A DNA stretch of 50,884 bases, taken from the sequence record SRR2962707_1476, one strand, 5' to 3'. A program made the position numbers and the translations under genes. Shown piece by piece: positions 37,869 to 45,856 of the stretch. The notes beneath the pieces are model-generated. The model did no database searches and was not told the DNA's origin. It saw nothing but the letters and a program-made list of their open reading frames with translations. Each line of letters begins with the position of its first letter. Position 1 is the stretch's first letter.

Positions 37869-38990
37869 ATGATCACACGTTTCCTAATCATTGGAATGGT
37901 GTTTTTGATCCTGTCTTGTGAAGACACACATAAGCATCATCCGATTTTGCAATACTATCCATCTGAATCAGTCTTTGATGCGGGCTTTGTAAACAAGTCG
38001 TATCGGCATTATATCCCCAATAATCCAGATGCAACATCAAGAACGGAGATCCGCTACATAAGATATCAGAAAACGGGAGATGATACCTTCAAAACGGACA
38101 TGTACAATGCCGGATTTCAGTGGACCGGTGAGCGCTACTTTAGGGTAAAAGAAGATACTCTTTTCCTCGAAAGAGGTACGGGAGTCAGCTGGGACTTATT
38201 GGATACGCTAGAACTCAATTTGCAAAGTCACATTCTCTCCATTTGGCAAGGACAAAATGATGTACCCTATCAGGTTCAGTACAAGTTTAATGAGAAAGAT
38301 TACCTCTATTCGGAGTATCAGCAAACTGTTTATGATAGCATCATCCTTGACAAGCCGGCAAAGGTTTTTGCGAACAAATGGGATTACCGAGCCATTGAAA
38401 ATGACTCTTTGATAAGTCAAGGTAGCTCCAGGTCATATTACGTGAAAGAATTGGGATTTTTTGGCAGTGATGAACTTGCAGAAGAGTATTCAACTAAAAA
38501 TGAATTGATTGAGCAGATGTCGGCTAATGAGTTTGAAAGAAGATCACAGCATAACAAGAATCGGATTGCCTACATCGATCCTGCATCTACGTTGAGCGAT
38601 GACGCTGACTTCAAGTTATGTTCGCATGAAGATCGAATTGCTGACTACTATAATGCACGTCCCTATGCCCAATTCAAAGAAGGTAAGAAGGAGATGGAAC
38701 GCATCATATTTGAGCAGCTTGACCGAGAAACATTAGTTGGTGAAAACGGTATGCTAACCTTCCGGTTTGTAGTCAATTGTGAAGGAAAAGCAGGGCGCTT
38801 TGTTACTGAACAATTTGATTTTGATTATCACAGAACGACATTTTCTCAAGAGACTGTCGATCATTTGCTGGAGATCCTGATGGGGTTGGAGGATTGGCAG
38901 GCGCTGACCATCAGTGATGAACCGCGAGATGCCTATGTATACATCACATTTAAAATTGAGCATGGAGAGATCATTGACATATTGCCTTAG
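37869..38990 (+). CDS. Lipoprotein with C-terminal TonB-C-like domain
   Basis: Lipobox ILSC; C-terminal GMLTFRFVVNCEGKAGRF...W.A...YITFKI. Confidence 0.7.
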   Translation: MITRFLIIGMVFLILSCEDTHKHHPILQYYPSESVFDAGFVNKSYRHYIPNNPDATSRTEIRYIRYQKTGDDTFKTDMYNAGFQWTGERYFRVKEDTLFLERGTGVSWDLLDTLELNLQSHILSIWQGQNDVPYQVQYKFNEKDYLYSEYQQTVYDSIILDKPAKVFANKWDYRAIENDSLISQGSSRSYYVKELGFFGSDELAEEYSTKNELIEQMSANEFERRSQHNKNRIAYIDPASTLSDDADFKLCSHEDRIADYYNARPYAQFKEGKKEMERIIFEQLDRETLVGENGMLTFRFVVNCEGKAGRFVTEQFDFDYHRTTFSQETVDHLLEILMGLEDWQALTISDEPRDAYVYITFKIEHGEIIDILP

Positions 38991-39825
38991 AATTTTATTG
39001 GTATTGATCCTGGTTTCCGCTTGCGGGGAGCAACGGGAATGGTATGCCAAAACGATTCCAGATGAGGAGAAGAAGGAACTAAGTGTCAGGCTAAGAAGAG
39101 GGGGAGCCTATTACTATCAGGGATCAGTGCCGGAACAATTCCAGCTTGAGGAAGCCATGCAAATGGATTCTACAGATGGTGATTTATGGCGGGAAATAGC
39201 CACTGCGCCTCTAAAAAGGGGTATTGCTGATAAATTCTATACCTATTACGAGGGAGGAGTTCAATATAAACCCATTAAATGGTCCGGGTTCCGTGGATAC
39301 GTCTATCTCTATTTCTACCGTGATTACATGCGAGCAATAGCAGATTTCAACTACAATGACGAGCTACTGGGTGAAGTTGGTTTTTCTCAGGGTCAGAGCC
39401 ACGATTACATGCGCGGGATATGCTACTACGGGCTCAAAGACTATGAGAATGCCCATCAGCAATTGAATAAATACATTACTGAGGTAGTAGCAGAGGAAGG
39501 CGAAGAATGGGTGGATGTGTATGCCTTCCTGTATCGAGGACTTACCTCTGTCCGGTTGGAGCGATACGATGAAGCATTAGCGGATTTTGATCGGGCCTTA
39601 AAATATTATCCGAATTTGTCCGACTGTTTCTATCACAAAGCAAGAATTCTGGCGTACGGGAAAGAATATGAAGAAGCACTGGACTTGCTAAAGAAAGCCA
39701 AATCCAATCATAAGAAAGGATACTATCATCACCGACCTTATGTGGAGGTGTTGGAACAAGTCTATGTTCAGGATATAGATGAGTTGGAGAGAGAAATTCA
39801 GAAGAAACTAGTACAGCACATCTAA
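38962..39825 (+). CDS. TPR-repeat lipoprotein (start ATG 38962 or TTG 38974)
   Basis: Lipobox VSAC; TPRs such as AFLYRGL...YDEALADFDRALKYYP. Confidence 0.8.
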   Translation: MERSLTYCLRILLVLILVSACGEQREWYAKTIPDEEKKELSVRLRRGGAYYYQGSVPEQFQLEEAMQMDSTDGDLWREIATAPLKRGIADKFYTYYEGGVQYKPIKWSGFRGYVYLYFYRDYMRAIADFNYNDELLGEVGFSQGQSHDYMRGICYYGLKDYENAHQQLNKYITEVVAEEGEEWVDVYAFLYRGLTSVRLERYDEALADFDRALKYYPNLSDCFYHKARILAYGKEYEEALDLLKKAKSNHKKGYYHHRPYVEVLEQVYVQDIDELEREIQKKLVQHI

Positions 39826-39829
39826 GCTG

Positions 39830-40624
39830 CTACACATTTCCAACCACCTGCATGGTCTCCAGCGATGGATTTACACTACCGCCTTTTGGCTCGATAGTTA
39901 CGGCGAATGCTGCCGCATTTGACCCGATGTTTTTCATCTGAACAAGCATCTGCCCCGATTTAATATCAAATACACCTGCATCTACAGGTTTGCCATCTAT
40001 GATAGCCCAAAGTTGATATTGTTGATCCTGGGAAAGAGATTTCAGATTTTGAATGCTCAGATATACATCCTCTGTAGCCTCATTCCAGTAAACCGTAGCA
40101 AGTGACTGAGGCGAATTATCTGTGCCATTCATGACTACACGTTGGTACGCACTGTTGTTCATGATCGCAACAGCACCTTGTAGATCATCCAACTGCTGGT
40201 TCACCATGTTATAGTTGTCAGCAAATTGTTGATTTTGAGCAATCAAACTGGAAAGTCGATCTTCTGCGCCTTGCCATTTGCTCCAATAATTAAACGCCAT
40301 TAAGAGTGAACCAATAGCGATGATCACTGAAGCAGCCGCCGCATATTTCATAAAAGAAGAACTGCCAGAAGTGTCCATCGAAATAACCGGCGTGTCACTG
40401 TCATCTTCCAGCTGATCCATAAGTTTTGACTTAAGGTCAGCCTTTGGTTTCACGGCAGTTGCGAAGGCCAGAGCTTCCATCGTTTCTTCGATACGATCGA
40501 TCTCCTCCCTGATCTCCGTGTGATCAGCAGCCATCTTTTCCACTTCTGCGCGTTCAGCAGTGCTTAGCTGATCCATCACATAAGCTTCTAGAATTCCTGA
40601 CGATATGTATGCTTCTACATTCAC
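39830..40624 (-). CDS. Anti-sigma factor, RskA family
   Basis: YISSGILEAYV N-domain, single TM, coiled coil, QYQLWAI..GKPVDAGVF, FAVTIEP.GGS..P. Confidence 0.9.
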   Translation of the reverse strand: MNVEAYISSGILEAYVMDQLSTAERAEVEKMAADHTEIREEIDRIEETMEALAFATAVKPKADLKSKLMDQLEDDSDTPVISMDTSGSSSFMKYAAAASVIIAIGSLLMAFNYWSKWQGAEDRLSSLIAQNQQFADNYNMVNQQLDDLQGAVAIMNNSAYQRVVMNGTDNSPQSLATVYWNEATEDVYLSIQNLKSLSQDQQYQLWAIIDGKPVDAGVFDIKSGQMLVQMKNIGSNAAAFAVTIEPKGGSVNPSLETMQVVGNV

Positions 40625-41175
40625 TCTATTTTTAATACGTCTCGTAAACTTTTTAATCCCATGCGCAACCGTGTTTTCACAGTACCCAAAGGAATATCAA
40701 ATTCTTCTGCGATTTCAGATTGGGTATATCCTTTGAAATATGCCATTTCAAGTATAAACCTTTCTTCGTCTCGCAAGGCTTTCATAGCCTCTTTCAGACC
40801 AATTCCGTCAATGTTTTGGTAGCTCTGGTGGGATAGCTCTATACCAGTTACGTAAGTTTCCATGGTATCGGTTTTCCCGGCCTTCTTAATTTCTTTCGAA
40901 CGCAGCTTATCGATGGCAAGATTTCTGGCAATATTGATCATCCAGGTGAAGAATCTACCCTTTGATTGATCGTACTGATCAATCTTGTCCCAGAATTTCA
41001 TAAAGGCATCCTGCAAGACTTCTTCAGCTACATCTTCGTTGTTGACAATGCGTGAGATGGTACCATATATGGCAGCAGAATAGTTGTCGTATAAGTAACT
41101 GAAAGCGTCCTTGCTCCCTGCTTTAAGCCTGGCTACCAACTGATCCTGATCGATTTGTGATTTCGAATTACTCAC
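40621..41175 (-). CDS. ECF RNA polymerase sigma factor (SigK-like)
   Basis: AEEVLQDAF, FTWM..IARNLAID, GYTQSEIAE...PLGTVKTR; GTG start; 4-nt overlap with the anti-sigma gene. Confidence 0.94.
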   Translation of the reverse strand: MSNSKSQIDQDQLVARLKAGSKDAFSYLYDNYSAAIYGTISRIVNNEDVAEEVLQDAFMKFWDKIDQYDQSKGRFFTWMINIARNLAIDKLRSKEIKKAGKTDTMETYVTGIELSHQSYQNIDGIGLKEAMKALRDEERFILEMAYFKGYTQSEIAEEFDIPLGTVKTRLRMGLKSLRDVLKIE

Positions 41176-41254
41176 GCACTGTTACCTATCGGCACCTAAA
41201 TTATCAATTAAATGATGAGTGGTCGAATATTTTTTAAGTCTTTTTCTTCCTTTG

Positions 41255-41284
41255 AAATCTTTTTTGATAGCAAACGCCGTAAAT
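41255..41284 (+). promoter_or_regulatory. Putative ECF promoter copy 3: AAATCT-N17-CGTAAAT
   Basis: Same motif; CGTA ends 44 nt before the TonB receptor ATG, in the intergenic region divergent from the sigma gene. Confidence 0.68.
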
Positions 41285-41325
41285 AGAGGCAAATAGCATC
41301 TAAAACGATACGCAACGCCTTAAGA

Positions 41326-43539
41326 ATGAAAAAAATAGCCATACTCATTTTAACATTAGCCAACATTGGTTTTCTCTACGGACAGCACGTTTCGGGCATC
41401 ATCACAGATGAAAGCAATGGCACTCCGATTGAATTTGCAACTGTTTACAATTTCACGCAAAACTCCCATTCACACTCAGATGCAACTGGTAAATTCATTC
41501 TGAATCAATTGAAATCCGGGGATTCAATAGTTGTTTCGATGGTGGGGTATGAGCGTCTTTCTTTCATTTATTCATCAAATAATGGCCTAAACATTTCCTT
41601 GATTCCTGCACCAGTTCAACTGGATCAGATTACAATCACCCCGGAGTTAAACACCCTCAACAAAATCCGAGATGTAGATCTTCAGATCAATCCGGTTAAT
41701 TCTTCACAGGAAATCCTTCGTAAAGTCCCAGGGCTATTTATCGCCCAGCATGCAGGTGGAGGAAAGGCTGAGCAAATTTTTCTAAGGGGTTTTGATATTG
41801 ATCATGGAACAGACATCCAAATCACTACGGATGGGATGCCTGTGAACATGGTTTCACATGCACACGGACAAGGCTATGCCGACCTTCATTACTTGATCCC
41901 GGAAACCATAGAGGCGGTGGATTTTGGAAAAGGGCCTTATTATGCACAGAAAGGAAACTTTACCACTGCAGGCTATGTGGATTTCAAAACCAAAGAGGGA
42001 ATTGATCAAAGCAGCGTGAAACTTGAAGCCGGGGATTTCAATACCTTGAGGGTTGTTAACATGCTGGATATTGTCTCAGGGAACACCAAGTCAGACGCCT
42101 ACCTTGCCACGGAGTACCTGATTACTGATGGCCCATTTCAATCTTCTCAAAATTTCAATCGGTTGAACCTGTTTGGGAAATTCAACACAAGGATTGGAAA
42201 CGATAGATTGTCGGTACAGGTGTCTACGTTCAATAGTAAGTGGGACGCATCCGGACAAATTCCTTTGAGAGCTATTGAATCCGGATCCATAGGAAGGTTT
42301 GGCGCTATTGATGACACTGAAGGTGGAGAAACTTCTCGTCAAAATATACTTGTTGATTACACTAAGACCATTTCAGAAGTGGTATTTGTGCGGACGAAGG
42401 CATTTATCTCGAAATACGATTTTGAACTGTATTCCAACTTCACTTTTTTTCTTGACGATCCTGTCAACGGGGATCAGATCAGGCAAAAAGAAGATCGAAC
42501 GATCTATGGTTTGCAAACCAGTCACAACTATCTGACGAGCGCCTTGTCAGGTGATTTAACAATAGAAACCGGGGTTGGATTTAGGTATGATGATATCAAC
42601 GGAAATGAACTTTCTCACACGAGAAATCGGCAAGAAACACTTGAGTCATTTGCACTTTCAGATATCGATGAGTTCAATGGGTTTGTCTATTCGAATGCGG
42701 AATGGGAATCTGGGAATTGGCTATTGAATGCAGGAGTTCGCCTGGATCAATTCAGGTTTGAGGAGATCGACTTTCTCAGTGCTACCTATGATCGTAAATC
42801 CAAAACCCAAACTTTCTTCGCACCCAAACTCAATGTGGTTTACAGGGCATCCAGTCAATTGCAGCTTTATGCAAAAACAGGAAAAGGGTTTCACAGTAAT
42901 GACACACGAGTTGTATTAAGATCAGCTGAAAGGACATTGCCAGCAGCGACTGGTTATGATCTTGGCGTGATCTATCAGCCGTTTGAGCGATTGGTGGTGG
43001 ATGTAGCATACTGGCAGCTCTTTTTACAACAGGAATTTGTATATGTCGGAGATGCGGGCATTGTGGAGCCTAGTGGCAGATCCAAACGACAGGGAGTGGA
43101 CGTTGGAATCAACTATCAATTGACGGATAAACTGTTTGCGTTTGCCAACTTCAACTACGCCAATCCAAAAGCCATTGATGAACCGGAGGGTGCTGATTAC
43201 ATTCCTTTAGCACCTACGTTTACCAGTGTTGGAGGAATATCGTATCGGGGGAATCGAATCAATGCCAGTTTTAACTATAGATACATTGGTGACAGGGCAG
43301 CAAATGAAGATTATTCGGTTACTGCCGAAGGATATCTGGTCTCCAACCTTTCCTTGAATTACAATCGACCTTCCTGGACAATTGGTATTTCCGTTGAAAA
43401 CTTGTTTGATGTGGAGTGGCGAGAAGCGCAGTTTGATACTGAATCCAGGCTTGCCGAAGAGACTGAATCAGCTTCGGAGATCCACTTCACTCCCGGGGTA
43501 CCCTTCTTTGCTAAAGCAGGGATGACATTCAGGTTTTAA
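41326..43539 (+). CDS. TonB-dependent receptor with His-rich plug
   Basis: Signal peptide; QHAGGGKAEQIFLRGFDIDHGTD, SHAHGQGYAD; C-terminal MTFRF. Confidence 0.9.
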   Translation: MKKIAILILTLANIGFLYGQHVSGIITDESNGTPIEFATVYNFTQNSHSHSDATGKFILNQLKSGDSIVVSMVGYERLSFIYSSNNGLNISLIPAPVQLDQITITPELNTLNKIRDVDLQINPVNSSQEILRKVPGLFIAQHAGGGKAEQIFLRGFDIDHGTDIQITTDGMPVNMVSHAHGQGYADLHYLIPETIEAVDFGKGPYYAQKGNFTTAGYVDFKTKEGIDQSSVKLEAGDFNTLRVVNMLDIVSGNTKSDAYLATEYLITDGPFQSSQNFNRLNLFGKFNTRIGNDRLSVQVSTFNSKWDASGQIPLRAIESGSIGRFGAIDDTEGGETSRQNILVDYTKTISEVVFVRTKAFISKYDFELYSNFTFFLDDPVNGDQIRQKEDRTIYGLQTSHNYLTSALSGDLTIETGVGFRYDDINGNELSHTRNRQETLESFALSDIDEFNGFVYSNAEWESGNWLLNAGVRLDQFRFEEIDFLSATYDRKSKTQTFFAPKLNVVYRASSQLQLYAKTGKGFHSNDTRVVLRSAERTLPAATGYDLGVIYQPFERLVVDVAYWQLFLQQEFVYVGDAGIVEPSGRSKRQGVDVGINYQLTDKLFAFANFNYANPKAIDEPEGADYIPLAPTFTSVGGISYRGNRINASFNYRYIGDRAANEDYSVTAEGYLVSNLSLNYNRPSWTIGISVENLFDVEWREAQFDTESRLAEETESASEIHFTPGVPFFAKAGMTFRF

Positions 43540-44925
43540 TTACCTGAATCTTCTGAAAAGTACTTTTAAGAATTCTTTGACCTCATCTGATTGCATGTCC
43601 CAGCTGTTGTGCTTGGCATAGCTCTGAACAAGGTATTCTACTGATTCATCAAACGTGCTGAAGTCTTCTAACTCAAAGAGGGCATTCTCGAATTCATTTT
43701 TATCGTTACGGAAAAGTTCTTTGATGAACATGTAGCGATGATTCAAAGAGATCAATTCAAGGATGCTGTCGCCCTTATGTGTAGACTCATGATGCTCAGC
43801 CAATGTCTCCTCTTCCTTTTCAAATTGCTTGTTGATGGTTTCCTCAGGAAAGTCATCTTCCCTATCATCTTCATCCAACATTACAGGAGAACTTACCGTT
43901 CTGGCAGGTTCTTCATCTGATGATTCTTCAATATTCTGTACTTCTTCTTCCTCACTATCCTCTTCAGGCTCATCGTCAAAATCATCGAATTTTTCTTCCT
44001 CAGCATCATCCTCTTCTTCTATTTCGTTTAAAGGTTTCTCTTCCTCTGGTTCCGGAGCAGTCTCTTCTTCTATATCGTCATCCACTACTTCGTCCTCTCC
44101 CACTTCATCGGCTACCTTGTCCCTGGCAAATGCATCTTCGTCAATGTCCTCTTCCTTCATGGCGTCATCGTCTTCGGAGACGGTGACATTTTCGCTTTCA
44201 GGCTGGGCATCCGGAGCGGTCTTTCTAGGCTTAGACGGCTCTTCCACCAAATCTTCCTCGCCTGGCTCGAAAAGATCATCCTCATCAAAATCATCAATGT
44301 CCGGGTCATCGGAATAGACCTTTTCCATTGAAATCTCCAATGTGGCAGACAATTGGGTGCATAGCTCTTCCACTGCTTCGGAGGTATCAAAATCCTCAAA
44401 CTCATCTGGCAATTCATCGATCACATCATCGATCGTCAGCCCACGCATGTCTGAAAGAAAATTGTGAATTTCTTTTTTGTAGATTTTTAGGTACTTGACC
44501 GTTCCTTCTATGGTCTTGTCTCGGATAGTTTCCACCCCTCGACTGTCCAGATCTATTTCTACATAAGCCTGAGGCATTGCAGCCAGGTATATTGTGTCCT
44601 TTACGGCATGATTAAGGAGCGTTTCGAATTTGCCTCTATTGATCTCAATATGCTGAGACAGGACATTCATGAACTGAATCATGGCCTGTCTGACTTCATC
44701 ATGCTTGTAGTTGAAAAAAGGGCTCTCAAGCTTTTTAGTCTCTTCCTGCCAATACCTGAATAGGAGTTTGATAACGAAAAAATTGACCTGCTTGGAAGGG
44801 GTTACATTCAGTATTTCCTTGCCGGTAATTACGTCTTTACCGTCTTTGAAAAAATCAGATGATACTTTAGATGCAAATTTCTCACAATAGCTATCTATAA
44901 AATCTTCGTTTAGTTTCTTTTGCAT
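43540..44925 (-). CDS. Hypothetical cytoplasmic protein with long Asp/Glu-rich linker
   Basis: Helical N-domain, about 160-aa acidic tract, C-domain ISLNHRYMFIKELF...W...FLKVLFRRFR. Confidence 0.85.
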   Translation of the reverse strand: MQKKLNEDFIDSYCEKFASKVSSDFFKDGKDVITGKEILNVTPSKQVNFFVIKLLFRYWQEETKKLESPFFNYKHDEVRQAMIQFMNVLSQHIEINRGKFETLLNHAVKDTIYLAAMPQAYVEIDLDSRGVETIRDKTIEGTVKYLKIYKKEIHNFLSDMRGLTIDDVIDELPDEFEDFDTSEAVEELCTQLSATLEISMEKVYSDDPDIDDFDEDDLFEPGEEDLVEEPSKPRKTAPDAQPESENVTVSEDDDAMKEEDIDEDAFARDKVADEVGEDEVVDDDIEEETAPEPEEEKPLNEIEEEDDAEEEKFDDFDDEPEEDSEEEEVQNIEESSDEEPARTVSSPVMLDEDDREDDFPEETINKQFEKEEETLAEHHESTHKGDSILELISLNHRYMFIKELFRNDKNEFENALFELEDFSTFDESVEYLVQSYAKHNSWDMQSDEVKEFLKVLFRRFR

Positions 44926-44945
44926 ATCTGAAAATTGGTCGAGGA

Positions 44946-45266
44946 ATGCCTAAAGTATTAATAGTCAACCTAAACAGTAAATCTATTCATTGTGAGGATA
45001 AAAGGGAAAAGTTGCTTGATATTTTGCTCAAGGAGACCGATTGGATGCATGCCTGTGGAGCCAAAGGTCGGTGCACCACTTGCAAAGCCAGGATCTTAAC
45101 CGGAATGGAACATTTAAGTGAACGTACTTTGAGTGAAATGCAATACCTTAAATTAAATAAATTGCAGGATGATGAACGCCTGACTTGCCAGGTAGAAGTG
45201 AGCGGAGATATCACAATAGAAGTACCAAGAGAAACCCAATTGCCCCACATTACCTACAGTAAATAA
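44946..45266 (+). CDS. 2Fe-2S ferredoxin
   Basis: HACGAKGRCTTC ... RLTCQ. Confidence 0.92.
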   Translation: MPKVLIVNLNSKSIHCEDKREKLLDILLKETDWMHACGAKGRCTTCKARILTGMEHLSERTLSEMQYLKLNKLQDDERLTCQVEVSGDITIEVPRETQLPHITYSK

Positions 45267-45856
45267 TGTTTGTAGAGCCACATATTGGAAAAGGATCACT
45301 GAGAAGAAGCGGATGGATTGAAGTAGTCTGTGGTTCTATGTTTTCGGGTAAGACTGAGGAGTTGATTCGTCGCTTGAATCGGGCATTGATTGCAAGCCAG
45401 CATGTTGAGATTTTCAAGCCTGCTGTAGACAAGCGATATGATAAAGTGAAGATTGTCTCCCACAAAGAATCTTCGATCACTTCAACACCAGTCAATTTTG
45501 CGAATGACATTCTGCTCAGAGCAGGAAACAGCGAGGTTGTCGGTATTGATGAGGCTCAATTCTTTGATGATCAAATTGTGGATGTTGCCGTGAAGCTGGC
45601 CAATGATGGAAAGCGAGTAATAGTAGCAGGATTGGACATGGACTTTAAAGGCCGACCATTTAAGCCGATGGACTCGCTCATGGCCATTGCCGAATACATC
45701 ACCAAGGTGCATGCGGTATGCATGAAGTGTGGAAATGTTGCTTCGTATTCCCATCGACGTACTAAATCGAAGCAAACGATAGTTTTAGGAGAAAAGGATG
45801 TCTATGAAGCACTTTGCAGGTCTTGCTTTTTTGAAGCATTGGGTAAGGATAAGTAG
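45266..45856 (+). CDS. tdk: Thymidine kinase
   Basis: GSMFSGKTEELIRR, IDEAQFF, AGLDMDF, CMKC...YEALCRSC; TAATG coupling to fdx. Confidence 0.97.
   Translation: MFVEPHIGKGSLRRSGWIEVVCGSMFSGKTEELIRRLNRALIASQHVEIFKPAVDKRYDKVKIVSHKESSITSTPVNFANDILLRAGNSEVVGIDEAQFFDDQIVDVAVKLANDGKRVIVAGLDMDFKGRPFKPMDSLMAIAEYITKVHAVCMKCGNVASYSHRRTKSKQTIVLGEKDVYEALCRSCFFEALGKDK

Noticed and set aside
43738-44417. Ser-rich ORF 43829-44317 and neighbours
   Set aside because: Antisense or off-frame shadows of Asp/Glu codons in the acidic protein.
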